From assembly GCA_017623895.1 (NCBI GenBank), contig JAGAOB010000013.1:1-48366 (forward strand): a stretch of 48,366 nucleotides of DNA, written 5' to 3'. Of the stretch, positions 11,096 through 20,956 are shown in pieces. The notes below the pieces were generated by a model, which was not told the DNA's origin, searched no databases, and saw only the letters and a list, made by a program, of their open reading frames with translations. Origin of the DNA: Clostridia bacterium. Its GTDB lineage: Bacteria; Bacillota; Clostridia; Oscillospirales; UBA644. Made by a program: the position numbers and the translations under genes. Every line of letters starts with the position of its first letter. The stretch's first letter is position 1.

Positions 11096-12031
11096 ATGAA
11101 CCAACGAACGGATCTTGCCGTGGAAGCGGCAGAATTAAAGCAGTTAAGCGAAAAGGACGGCTTTTTGGAAACGGTAACGGCGGGGACGATCCCCGTTTCT
11201 AAGGTTCGAATCGTCAACGAAAATGCCGCTTCCCTGACGGGAAAGCCGATCGGAAATTACGCAACGGTATTTTTCGACGGAGCCCTTTCCGACGACGAGC
11301 TGTTCGGCCACGCCGTAGAACGAACGGCAGATCTGATCCGAGAATTTTTGCACGGCGCAAAATCCGTATTAGCCATCGGATTGGGAAATGCGGAAATGAC
11401 CGCAGACGCCTTGGGCCCAAAGGTGGTGGATCGCCTGATTATTTCCCGCCATCTGAAGGAGCAGCTTCCCGACCTGTATCGGGAATTGGCGCTGGGGGAA
11501 TTGTCTGCCCTGCGTCCGGGCGTTTTGGGACAAACGGGAATCGAAACCGCAGAACTGATCCGTGCCGCAGTGGATACCGTATCTCCCGACGCCGTAGTGG
11601 TCTTCGACGCCTTGGCGTCCCGACGAGTCAAGCGTCTCTGCGCCACGGTGCAGATCAGCGACACGGGCATTACTCCCGGATCGGGGGTGGGAAATCATCG
11701 GGCGCGCATTGATAAGCAATCTCTGGGAATCCCCGTCATCAGCATCGGCGTTCCCACCGTAGTAGACGCAGCAACCTTGACGGCAGACGCCTTGGAAAAG
11801 GTAGGCAAGCAGATGAATCACCCCTCGGCAAAAGCCCTTGCGGGAGAATTGGCAAACGACGAAGGAGAAGCCCTGCGGGAGCTTTTGGGAGGATACGAAA
11901 ATAATTTAGTCGTAACACCGCAGGACATTGACGCCCTCGTCTCCCGCACGGCAAAGCTGCTTTCCGAGGCGGTCAACATCGCCATTCACAACGTGGACCG
12001 AGAACAAATCGATGCCCTGACGGGTGTATAA
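11096..12031 (+). CDS. gpr: Germination protease GPR
   Basis: RTDLAVEA, GLGN..TADALGP, PGVLGQTGIET, DALASR, GVPTVVDA; RBS GAGGAGG before ATG 11096. Confidence 0.92.
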   Translation: MNQRTDLAVEAAELKQLSEKDGFLETVTAGTIPVSKVRIVNENAASLTGKPIGNYATVFFDGALSDDELFGHAVERTADLIREFLHGAKSVLAIGLGNAEMTADALGPKVVDRLIISRHLKEQLPDLYRELALGELSALRPGVLGQTGIETAELIRAAVDTVSPDAVVVFDALASRRVKRLCATVQISDTGITPGSGVGNHRARIDKQSLGIPVISIGVPTVVDAATLTADALEKVGKQMNHPSAKALAGELANDEGEALRELLGGYENNLVVTPQDIDALVSRTAKLLSEAVNIAIHNVDREQIDALTGV

Positions 12032-12081
12032 ATGAAGGCCGATCGGAATAGAATGTTGGTATGACAGTGGGCTCCGAGGCG

Positions 12082-12253
12082 ATCTTCTCGGAGGGAAAAT
12101 ACACCAAAGGAGAAGAAAAGCGATGACAAAGTTGAAATTTGCCATTTTGTGCTCCGCCCTTGGAGCAATCTTCCCGGAGGGAAAATACACCAAAGGAGAA
12201 GAAAAGCGATGACAAAGTTGAAATTTGCCATTTTGTGCTCCACCCTTGGAGCA
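12082..12253 (+). repeat. 86-bp tandem duplication (2 copies, 2 mismatches) spanning the spoIIP RBS and first codons
   Basis: 12082-12167 versus 12168-12253, directly visible in the sequence. Confidence 0.95.
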
Positions 12254-13273
12254 ATCGTCACGGGGGTGGTCCTGTGTTGTTCGGGGATCACCCCCGTCAA
12301 AGCCCTGTCATACGGAGTAAGGCCGCAGACTCGTTCTTTGTCCGTGCGTGCCTTGACCGAAGCCTTGCCGACTCTTCCGTCGGTTCCGCAAAACACGGCG
12401 GGAGCGACGGAGGAGCCCTCGGCAACGGTGAGCGGAGGAGCGTTTTTTACCTCGGCTCAATTTGAAGAGGCGGATTACGCCATTCACGTTCCTGCGGCAC
12501 CCGCCCAGGCGGAAAAGATCGTGATCAAGCAGTACGCATCCTCCCTTTCGGTGAACAATTCCACCGACCTTGATATTGATATGGACCAATTATTGGAGCA
12601 CGTCCCCGATCTTGATTTGTCGGGAGACGGACCGCAAATTCTGATCGTACATACGCATACCTCGGAAAGCTATAACGAAACGGGACAGGATTGGTACGCC
12701 GATCAGGATACCCGCACCACCGACAACAGTCGCAATATGGTGCGTATGGGGGAGGTCCTGTCCGAAGCCCTGACCCGAGCGGGATACGGGGTGATCCATT
12801 GCCAGAAGCGCCACGACGAGGATTTTAACGCATCCTATGCAAATTCCCTGAAAACGGTGGAGGCCTATCTGAAAAAATATCCTTCCATTGCCGTGGTTAT
12901 CGATCTGCATCGGGATTCGCTGATCGGAACGGGGGGAACCAAATACCGCCCCACCGTCACCGTGAACGGAGTGGAGATGGCACAGGTTATGTTTTTGATG
13001 GGCGTTGGGAACGAGGATTACCCCCATCCTCATTGGGAGGAAAACCTATCCCTGGCGGCGTGGATCCAACGGGAGGCTGACCAGACCTACCCGGGATGGA
13101 TGCGCCCGATTCTGGTGCGGGGGCTTTTGTACAATCAGCATTTATCCAAGGGAGCGATGCTGGTGGAGCTGGGGGCTTGCGGAAACACCCCCGCGGAGGC
13201 GGAGACCGCGGCGCGGTGCTTCGGTGAGGTTTGTGCTGCGGCGTTGGATCGCATTCGGGAGGCACGAAAATGA
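12209..13273 (+). CDS. spoIIP: Stage II sporulation protein P (amidase/endopeptidase)
   Basis: ILIVHTHTSESY, IDLHRDS, YNQHL..GAMLVELG..GNT; downstream of gpr. Confidence 0.9.
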   Translation: MTKLKFAILCSTLGAIVTGVVLCCSGITPVKALSYGVRPQTRSLSVRALTEALPTLPSVPQNTAGATEEPSATVSGGAFFTSAQFEEADYAIHVPAAPAQAEKIVIKQYASSLSVNNSTDLDIDMDQLLEHVPDLDLSGDGPQILIVHTHTSESYNETGQDWYADQDTRTTDNSRNMVRMGEVLSEALTRAGYGVIHCQKRHDEDFNASYANSLKTVEAYLKKYPSIAVVIDLHRDSLIGTGGTKYRPTVTVNGVEMAQVMFLMGVGNEDYPHPHWEENLSLAAWIQREADQTYPGWMRPILVRGLLYNQHLSKGAMLVELGACGNTPAEAETAARCFGEVCAAALDRIREARK

Positions 13274-14409
13274 AGCGTTTTTTTTGTTTTCTCATTCTCT
13301 CCGTGCTTCTGATTTCCTCCGCCGTAGTTCCCGCAGCGGCGGAAGATTGCAGCGCAAAGGGAGCCGTGGTCATCGAAAGTCTTTCCGAAACGGTATTGTA
13401 TGAAAAAAACGCCGACGCGCCCTTACCCGAAGCATCCACCACCAAGATTATGACCGCCCTTTTGGTTTTAGAGTCTATTGATCTTCAACGGGAAATTACC
13501 GTTTCCGCCTCCGCGGGGGCGGTAGAGGGATCTCAACTGGGGCTAACGGCGGGCGACCGGCTGACGGTACGGGATCTGTTATATGTGCTGATGCTCAAGT
13601 CCGGAAACGACGCGGCGGAGGCCTTGGCTGAGGGCGTGGCGGGCAGCGTTTCCGAATTCGTTGACCGAATGAACCGACGGGCAACGGAAATCGGCTTAAA
13701 GAATACGCAATTTCAAAATCCTCACGGGCTTCCCGCAGAGGGACATTACACCACCGCACGGGACTTAGCTATGCTCACGGCGGCAGCGTTGGAAAATGAG
13801 GATTTTTGCAAAATCGTATCTGCAAAAAGAGCAAAGCTTACCTATAAAAATATGGTCATTACAAACTCCAACAAATTATTGGACACCTGCGACGGAGTAT
13901 TCGGCGTCAAAACGGGGTTTACCAAAAAAGCAGGGCGATGCCTGGTCACTGCGGCAGAGCGCAAGGGCGTACGGTTGATCTGCGTAACGCTGAACGACGG
14001 AAACGATTGGCAGGATCACGCAAGACTTTACGAGGAGTGCTTTGATCGGGTGGATCGTCAAGAGATCGTCCCTCGGCAAGGATACGGAGGCTTCGTTCCC
14101 GTGCTGGGAGGGGAGAGGGATGCTACAGTGAAAAACAGTCTGCCCCTGACCTGCGTTACCATCGACGGCGAGCCGATTGCTTATCAGCTGATTCCCCGCA
14201 CCGTTCCTCGGATTTTCGCCCCATCGGAGCAAGGGATCACCTTGGGGTACCTGCAGGCCGTCACTCCGACGGGGAGGGTGATCTCCTCCTCTCCCCTGAA
14301 TACGGCCCATACGGTGTTGCAAAAAAAAGAGGAAAGAACCTTTTTCGGCTCTTTCCCCTTACTATTACGAAAGATGTTTCGGACGCTTACTTCAGGAATT
14401 GCTTTTTGA
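13270..14409 (+). CDS. D-alanyl-D-alanine carboxypeptidase (peptidase S11, DacB/DacF-like)
   Basis: Signal peptide; ASTTK (SxxK), SGN, NPHGL, KTG; ATGA overlap with spoIIP. Confidence 0.88.
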   Translation: MKRFFCFLILSVLLISSAVVPAAAEDCSAKGAVVIESLSETVLYEKNADAPLPEASTTKIMTALLVLESIDLQREITVSASAGAVEGSQLGLTAGDRLTVRDLLYVLMLKSGNDAAEALAEGVAGSVSEFVDRMNRRATEIGLKNTQFQNPHGLPAEGHYTTARDLAMLTAAALENEDFCKIVSAKRAKLTYKNMVITNSNKLLDTCDGVFGVKTGFTKKAGRCLVTAAERKGVRLICVTLNDGNDWQDHARLYEECFDRVDRQEIVPRQGYGGFVPVLGGERDATVKNSLPLTCVTIDGEPIAYQLIPRTVPRIFAPSEQGITLGYLQAVTPTGRVISSSPLNTAHTVLQKKEERTFFGSFPLLLRKMFRTLTSGIAF

Positions 14410-15232
14410 AGCGGCGCTCGTGCTCCGATTGGCTTCTTTGACGGCGGTTGCGATAGGCGGCCGCCGTTGCGGATTTTTGTGCGGAAGATTTTTTCACCTT
14501 ACGCACGTAGGGGATTCCCACGCTGTTCAGCAGGGCCTCCTTTTCCTTTTCCGACAAGGGACGGTATTCCCCGGGCTCCAAATGTCCGATGGAGACCGAC
14601 CCCTCGGCGATCCGCTTCAGGAGCATAACCTCCAAGCCCAACACCTCACAGATACGGCGGATCTCCCGATTCTTTCCTTCGGTGATGGTGACGTGAAGCA
14701 CGGTCTTTCCTTCCTGCTCCTTCTGAACCTGAACCCCTGCGGGCTGGGTCTTTTCTCCGTCGTCCAAAACGACACCCTCCCGAAAACGGTTCAGCTGCTC
14801 CAAGGAAACCTCGCCTCGTACGGTAACGCGATAGGTTTTGGGGACCGCGTGGGACGGATGGGTCAGGCGCTGTGCCAGATCTCCGTCGTCGGTGAGGATC
14901 AAAAGCCCCTCCGAATCACGGTCAAGGCGTCCGACGGGGTAAACCCGTCCCTTGATTCCTTGGATCAGATCGGCAACCACGCTTCGGTCATCCTGGGCTT
15001 TCATCGCGGTGATCACACCCCGCGGCTTGTAAAAGATAAAGTAACGCTTTTCCGCGGCTCTGGGGCGGATGCGCTTCCCGTCGCAGTAAACCGAATCGGC
15101 AATGGGATCTACGTCCATTCCGATCTGTGCAGGCTTTCCGTTCACTGTGATTCTGCCCTCGCGGACAAGCTCTTCGGCGGCTCTGCGGGAGCAGACTCCG
15201 CTTTCGGCAACAAATTTTTGGATTCTCATCAT
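14387..15232 (-). CDS. rluB: rRNA pseudouridine synthase (RluB/RsuA family)
   Basis: S4 domain CSRRAAEELV..GRITVNG, PVGRLDRDSEGLL, EGKNREIRR. Confidence 0.8.
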   Translation of the reverse strand: MMRIQKFVAESGVCSRRAAEELVREGRITVNGKPAQIGMDVDPIADSVYCDGKRIRPRAAEKRYFIFYKPRGVITAMKAQDDRSVVADLIQGIKGRVYPVGRLDRDSEGLLILTDDGDLAQRLTHPSHAVPKTYRVTVRGEVSLEQLNRFREGVVLDDGEKTQPAGVQVQKEQEGKTVLHVTITEGKNREIRRICEVLGLEVMLLKRIAEGSVSIGHLEPGEYRPLSEKEKEALLNSVGIPYVRKVKKSSAQKSATAAAYRNRRQRSQSEHERRFKKQFLK

Positions 15233-15278
15233 ATATCCTTTCTTGCAATGACATCACGTCATGGCGATGCTTGGTGGG

Positions 15279-18224
15279 CTATTCCGACGGCGTTCCCCCA
15301 TCCGAGGAGGAAGACACGGGAAGATCCGTGGCCTGGGAGGAATCGGAGGTCGCATTGTCCGAAGTCGCGGAATCCGAGGTCTGCGTGTCGGAGGGATTCC
15401 CCACGTCCTCACTTCCCGAAGAATCCGTTCCCGTATCGGTGGGCGTATCGGTGGGAGTATTACTGTCCGAGGTGGGAGGCGTGGTATCGGTGCCTTCGGT
15501 GGGAGGATCGGTGGTTACCGACTGCGGCGCGTAGACGTGAGGAGTTGCAGAGGGCGTATGCACCGTGCACAGGCAGTTGGCAACGTGTCCGTAACGGGAG
15601 GTTGCGGGGACCTCTCCCTCGGGAACCATATTCGTATATACGGGGAGCGTTTCGTGAGAATAAAGAATATTCTGCGCCGTCAAACGGGGACAGATATATC
15701 CCGCATCCCCGATCTTGATCGAGGCAGGGAAGGAACGGTCGATATCCACGTAGGTCTTCAGCGTTGCGGAGGGACAGCCCTCGTGAGCGATTTTGCCCGA
15801 AGCGTCGCAAACGTAAAGCTGATGGTGGACGTTACAGGTTTCGGTGGGTTGCGTACCCTCCTTGAAATAGAAGGTCTCCACGCACGCCCCCTGCTGATCG
15901 GTGGAGCAGTAGGGCCCCGGGAGCTTTCCGCTCTTCCAGCAAACTGCGCTTGCCACGATGCCCGACGGCTGATTGAAGGTGCTCTTGGTAATGCCCTTCA
16001 TTTCGTGGACTTTCGTCATCACCTGATTCCAGATCTTGAAATGGTGGGTGTTTTGCAGCTCGTGAGGCGTATCGTATCCCCACCAGATTCCTGCCAGATA
16101 GTCGGCGGTATACCCCACGAACCAACGATCCTTATACGACGTGGTCGTTCCCGATTTTCCTGCGGTGGCAATGTTCTTCAGCTTTGCCACTCCTGCAATG
16201 GTATCCACGGCAGATTGAAGCATATCGGTCATTAAAAAGGCAGTCTGCTCCGAGAATACGACCTCCCGCTCGATAGGATTTTCCAGCACCGTCTTTCCGT
16301 CGTATCCCACAACCCGACTGTAGGAACGGTAGGCAGTATACATTCCTTCTCCCGCAAACACCGAGTATGCGGCGACCATCTCTCGCAGAGATACTCCGTC
16401 CGTCAGGGCTCCCACGGACAAGGGGGCAAGAGATGCTCCGTCCTCCTCCGTCAGGGTGGTAAAGTGCAAAGAATTTACCATAAAATCGTAAGAGGTTTTG
16501 ATGCCCACCATCTTCAATCCCCACGCGGCGGGGGTATTCAACGAAAGGGCAAGGGCCCGCTTGACCGAGATCAGCCCGCTGTAGGTCTGATCGTAGTTGC
16601 TGGGCCAAAAGGCTTTTTTATCCTTTTCATAGGTGACGGGGATGTCGTCAATGGCAGAGCCCACGGTCATCAGATCGTTTTCAATGGCATAGCCGTACAC
16701 GCTCAAGGGTTTAATCGACGACCCGGGCTGACGCACGGTGTCCACGGCACGGTTCAGGCTCAAGGATTTGGTCTTCTCTCCCCGACCTCCAATCACGCCG
16801 ATAATGTTACCCGATTCGGGATCCATAACCAGCATAGCAACCTGGGGAACTTCCGTTTCTCCCTTATCGTTGACAAATTTATCCTTGGAGGAGCCCGAAT
16901 AGGCAAAATTGTCCTCGTCGGCAAAATATTCTTCCATCATCGTCTGAACGGCAGAATCCACGCAGGCGTAGATCTGAAGCCCGCCGTGATACAGCAGGTT
17001 GGAGGCCTCCGCCTCGGTATACCCTTTTTCGGTCTGCAGGTCACGAAGCACGTCCCGAATAACCATATCGGAGTAATAATTATACAGGAAAATACCCTCT
17101 TCCTCCGATTCGGTCTCCTCCCGCTTGGCGTCCAGGTCCACCAAATTCAGATCCTGCTTGGAGTATTCGTCGTATTCCTCCCGCGTCAGATACCCCTGCT
17201 CATACATAAACCACATCGTGTCGTTGCGGCGGTCCTTGTTGTTTTCGGGGTGCAGATAGGGGTTATAGGAGTTGGGGGATTTCGTGATACAGATGATCGC
17301 CGCGCCCTCGGTTACGGTCAGCTCGCTGACGTCCTTGCCGAAGTAGATTTCGGCGGCGGCGGAAATCCCGTTGGCGCTCTGTCCGAAATAAACGGTATTC
17401 AAATAATATTCCAGAATCTGGTCCTTGTTGTATCGGCGCTCGATATACAGCGCCTGCAGCATTTCCTTGACCTTACGTCCGACGCCGTAATCGTCGTCCC
17501 CCGTCATATTTTTAATTACCTGTTGGGTCAGGGTCGATCCGCCTGCGGCACGGGATCCGCTGCCCGTGATCTTGCTCATCGCGTACTCGATGACCGCCTT
17601 AACGGTTCGGATGGGATCCACCCCCGCGTGGGTATAGAACCGTTGGTCCTCCAACGCCACGGTGGCATCCTTTACGTGTTGGGGAATTTCCGTATCGGAG
17701 ACCCAGACGCGGGTTCCCGATTTGCTTTGGATCTCTTGGTAAATATAATCCTCGCCCGTCACGGGATCGGTGGCGTAAATAAACGAGGAATAGTCCAGAT
17801 CCATAGACGCGAAACGCTCGTCCAGCTCCGTATCGGAGAAGGAATACACCACGGCGGCGGCGATTCCCAACGTGGCAACCCCGATCACACAGCAGATTAA
17901 AAAGACGTGCAGCGCAACCACGCCAAAATTGTGCCAAAAGAGGTTGGACCCCGTACGGCGCTTGGTATAGTGCTCAGGATCGGAAACCCACAAGGGAACC
18001 TGCCCCTCGGGAAATTCAGAGGGGTCGGGCAATCTTCTTTTGCGGCGGACGGGATCGTTTACCTTTCGCATAAAGGAGAGAAAACGCTCCGTTGCGGTTT
18101 CTCCGCTCCCACCCTTTTTCTGTTTGGAATTATGCTCGTTTTCCCGTTCTGCACGGCGACGAGTACGGGACCCGACGACGTCGTCGTCTCTTCCGTTTTT
18201 GGAAGAATCGTCAAACTGACTCAC
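15279..18224 (-). CDS. Class A penicillin-binding protein (transglycosylase/transpeptidase)
   Basis: EDQRFYTHAGVD, GGSTLTQQ, RKVKE, RQPGSSIKP, SLN, KSGTT; GTG start after AAGGAGG; Cys-rich and S/T/D-rich C-terminus; promoter TTGCAA-N17-TATAAT at 18283-18311. Confidence 0.92.
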   Translation of the reverse strand: MSQFDDSSKNGRDDDVVGSRTRRRAERENEHNSKQKKGGSGETATERFLSFMRKVNDPVRRKRRLPDPSEFPEGQVPLWVSDPEHYTKRRTGSNLFWHNFGVVALHVFLICCVIGVATLGIAAAVVYSFSDTELDERFASMDLDYSSFIYATDPVTGEDYIYQEIQSKSGTRVWVSDTEIPQHVKDATVALEDQRFYTHAGVDPIRTVKAVIEYAMSKITGSGSRAAGGSTLTQQVIKNMTGDDDYGVGRKVKEMLQALYIERRYNKDQILEYYLNTVYFGQSANGISAAAEIYFGKDVSELTVTEGAAIICITKSPNSYNPYLHPENNKDRRNDTMWFMYEQGYLTREEYDEYSKQDLNLVDLDAKREETESEEEGIFLYNYYSDMVIRDVLRDLQTEKGYTEAEASNLLYHGGLQIYACVDSAVQTMMEEYFADEDNFAYSGSSKDKFVNDKGETEVPQVAMLVMDPESGNIIGVIGGRGEKTKSLSLNRAVDTVRQPGSSIKPLSVYGYAIENDLMTVGSAIDDIPVTYEKDKKAFWPSNYDQTYSGLISVKRALALSLNTPAAWGLKMVGIKTSYDFMVNSLHFTTLTEEDGASLAPLSVGALTDGVSLREMVAAYSVFAGEGMYTAYRSYSRVVGYDGKTVLENPIEREVVFSEQTAFLMTDMLQSAVDTIAGVAKLKNIATAGKSGTTTSYKDRWFVGYTADYLAGIWWGYDTPHELQNTHHFKIWNQVMTKVHEMKGITKSTFNQPSGIVASAVCWKSGKLPGPYCSTDQQGACVETFYFKEGTQPTETCNVHHQLYVCDASGKIAHEGCPSATLKTYVDIDRSFPASIKIGDAGYICPRLTAQNILYSHETLPVYTNMVPEGEVPATSRYGHVANCLCTVHTPSATPHVYAPQSVTTDPPTEGTDTTPPTSDSNTPTDTPTDTGTDSSGSEDVGNPSDTQTSDSATSDNATSDSSQATDLPVSSSSDGGTPSE

Positions 18225-18368
18225 AACAAAAACCTCCTTGCAATTTCGGAGAGATAGGATTGCGTATAGATATACATTATATATTATACACTATTTTTTT
18301 CGAAATTGCAAGGGGGTTTTTCGATTTCACACATTTTATCCCAATATTGTTACAAACTTTCGCCCCGC

Positions 18369-18400
18369 AAAAAAAAGAAGCCGCCTAAAAAGGCGGCTGT
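18369..18400 (-). terminator. Rho-independent terminator
   Basis: AGCCGCCT/AGGCGGCT stem with a T-tract on the minus strand. Confidence 0.7.
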
Positions 18401-18431
18401 TTTCCTGTTTTTTTTCTTTCCAACGCGGCTG

Positions 18432-19487
18432 TCAGTTCCCGTTTCGAAGGCATCCGCATCCTTGAATTACTCCCGAAGAAAGAGGACGGGAGGGGGTGGG
18501 CTTGGGAGTAGGCTCGGAGGGGGGATTGCAGCAATCCTGACCCGCATAAAGCTCGAATCCGTCCATCCCGCAAGCACAATCGTTCTTCCCTTCGGAGCCG
18601 TTGACCAGAATCAACGTGTTACGCACCACTTCAGCAAATACCAGCGGAGTAATTCCCAGCGTAGCGATAAGGTTTACCGTAACGCCGTTGCAGGTATCGG
18701 TCTCGTCGGTGACGGTCACGGACATCTGAGGATTGATCACCTGTGCCGTTCCACCGAAGCGGAAGGACAGCACGGGAGCGTTTCCGTACTCGATGCAAGG
18801 GATGTTTGCTTTTGCAATGGCAAAAGAGGTGGTTTGTCCCTCGGGAAGCGCAATGGCTTCGTTGTTGGCGATATATACCTTAAAACGGTACAGCGCACCG
18901 CAAGAGCGGACGACGCCTTCAAAGCCGAAGCGTACGCGGAATTCCAGGGTTCCGATATCCTGCAACAGGATGAACGCTTCCGACGGCAAGCATTGCGCCG
19001 TGCAAACGGGATTGAGAAGCTCCCCGATGATGTTGGAAATGTCCGCGGTATATCTTCCGTTTTCCTGGGTAACGGCAGCGACGGCGGCCCCGTTGACGGT
19101 CACGTTTGCGGGGGTGATCACCGTGGAGGGCGCGCCCGGGGCGGTAGTCTCGTCGACCGAGAAGCAATCCAGCTCAACGTAGGATTTTTGAATCTCGAAT
19201 ACCGCGTCGGCGGAAAGGCCGTTGGCACAGCAACACCCGCATCCCGAGCAGGGGGTCAATTCGTAGTTGCTGACGAAATTGTCCGCTGCTACTGCCGTAT
19301 TCAGAGGATAAAAGATGGAAGATCCCGTGGCTTTATGTGCGGAAAAAATTTTATCCGCGTAAAAGGCAATGGGCTTTTCCTTTCCCCACGCAAGGCGTTC
19401 GGGACAAAAGTCCGCTCCGCAGACGGCAGTATCGGGACAGGACAAAAGAGGGGTCGCCTGGGTGGCATTGCAATTATTGCATTTCAT
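18432..19487 (-). CDS. Cysteine-rich hypothetical protein (possible spore coat/exosporium protein)
   Basis: ATG 19487 after RBS AAAGGA; about 22 Cys in 351 aa; no signal peptide; own terminator. Confidence 0.65.
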   Translation of the reverse strand: MKCNNCNATQATPLLSCPDTAVCGADFCPERLAWGKEKPIAFYADKIFSAHKATGSSIFYPLNTAVAADNFVSNYELTPCSGCGCCCANGLSADAVFEIQKSYVELDCFSVDETTAPGAPSTVITPANVTVNGAAVAAVTQENGRYTADISNIIGELLNPVCTAQCLPSEAFILLQDIGTLEFRVRFGFEGVVRSCGALYRFKVYIANNEAIALPEGQTTSFAIAKANIPCIEYGNAPVLSFRFGGTAQVINPQMSVTVTDETDTCNGVTVNLIATLGITPLVFAEVVRNTLILVNGSEGKNDCACGMDGFELYAGQDCCNPPSEPTPKPTPSRPLSSGVIQGCGCLRNGN

Positions 19488-19611
19488 AAATGAAAACCGT
19501 CCTTTACGAAGAATTACATATCTTGCGATATGTACCGAGGCGGCCCTCACTTTATCTTATGCTCTCCTGTCGAAAAAAGTCAACTCCCTCCGAGAAACGG
19601 AGGGGTATAAT

Positions 19612-20601
19612 TCAGATTTTCAGGCTCATCGCTTCTTTGATTTTTGCAATCGTTTCGTCTCCGATCCTATTGGCACGGTCGCTTCCCACATTGACGATTT
19701 GCTTTACCTCATCCATATGAGTCTCGTAATAGGCGCGGCGCTCGCGGAAGGGGTCGAGAAGTCCGTTGAGCTTTTCCGCCAAGCGCTTCTTGCAGGCAAC
19801 GCAGCCGATCTGCCCTGCCTTACAGCGCTCGCAAATATCCTCGTATTCTTCCTCGTTGAACACCTTGTGATACTTGCTGACGGCACAGACGTCGGGATGT
19901 CCGGGGTCCTTCGCCCGGATACGGGAGGGGTCGGTCACGGCAAGGCGGATCTTTTCGCTGACCGTCTCGGCAGGATCGGAAAGATAGATGGCGTTGCCCA
20001 AGGATTTCCCCATCTTGCTGTTTCCGTCCAGCCCCATCAGGCGGGTACAGGAGGAAAGCATCGCCTTCGGCTCCTTCAGATCCGTACCGTACAAATCATT
20101 CATACGGCGGACCAGCTTTCGTGCGATCTCAATATGGGGCAGCTGATCCTCTCCCACGGGGACCAATTCCGCGTTGCAGAACGTAATATCCGCGGCCTGA
20201 CTGACGGGATACCCGAGAAATCCGTAGGTCATATCGTTATATCCGTAGTTTGCCGCTTCGGTCTTGATGGTGGGGTTGTGTCGCAGCGTATTAACGCTGA
20301 TCAGCATAGAGTAGAACACCGTCAGCTCCGCAATCGCCTTGATCTGGGATTGCTGAACGAAGGTGACCTTATTGGGATCCAAGCCCACGGACAGATTGTC
20401 AATGGCAACGTCGTAAATGCTCCCGTTGATCAGTGAGGGATTCTCAAAGTGGGTAGTCAGAGCCTGAATGTCCGCCATAAGGATAAAGGTCTCGTAATCG
20501 TCCTGCAGACGGACGCGGTTCTGAAGACTTCCCACATAGTGACCGAGGTGCAATTTGCCCGTCGTGCGGTCTCCTGTAAGAATACGCTTCTGCTGTGCCA
20601 T
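19612..20601 (-). CDS. trpS: Tryptophanyl-tRNA synthetase
   Basis: TGDRTTGKLHLGH, VPVGEDQLPH, KMGKS; promoter TTGATT-N17-TATAAT at 20648-20676. Confidence 0.95.
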   Translation of the reverse strand: MAQQKRILTGDRTTGKLHLGHYVGSLQNRVRLQDDYETFILMADIQALTTHFENPSLINGSIYDVAIDNLSVGLDPNKVTFVQQSQIKAIAELTVFYSMLISVNTLRHNPTIKTEAANYGYNDMTYGFLGYPVSQAADITFCNAELVPVGEDQLPHIEIARKLVRRMNDLYGTDLKEPKAMLSSCTRLMGLDGNSKMGKSLGNAIYLSDPAETVSEKIRLAVTDPSRIRAKDPGHPDVCAVSKYHKVFNEEEYEDICERCKAGQIGCVACKKRLAEKLNGLLDPFRERRAYYETHMDEVKQIVNVGSDRANRIGDETIAKIKEAMSLKI

Positions 20602-20805
20602 ATCTATCATCTCTCCCATCGGATGGTTTGCAAATGTTATAGTACACATTATAACACACTTTTTTCAAAAAATCAAGTGCTTTTTCAAAATCCCGTTTCT
20701 CCGTGCTTCATAAGGCCCTTTTTGCTTTCCGAAGAACCCCTCTTTTCAAAATCAAAGCTTGTCATTTCGGATTGTTACTTTTTTGAAAACTATTGCTGTT
20801 TTTAC

Positions 20806-20834
20806 TTGCAATCCTATAGGAAATAGTGTACAAT
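20806..20834 (+). promoter_or_regulatory. sigmaA promoter of the metallophosphoesterase cluster
   Basis: TTGCAA-N17-TACAAT about 120 nt upstream of ATG 20957. Confidence 0.55.
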
Positions 20835-20956
20835 GAAGAAAAAAGATGCCCTGCCGAATCAACCCTCATTTTCGGTTCAAACGACCGCTTCCCCGATTCT
20901 TGTTCGCAGAACGGAATCCATCAAAGCGATTCGGCATTCAGCAAAGGAGCTCCCCT

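Noticed and set aside
12082-12253. CRISPR array or IS target-site duplication
   Set aside because: Only two abutting copies, with no spacers and no cas or transposase gene.
14387-14409. Convergent 23-bp overlap of the dacB-like gene and rluB as antisense regulation
   Set aside because: Short 3' overlaps are common and nothing else supports a function.
20602-20680. T-box leaders for trpS and argS
   Set aside because: Promoters lie about 40 nt from the start codons and no TGGNACC motif is present.
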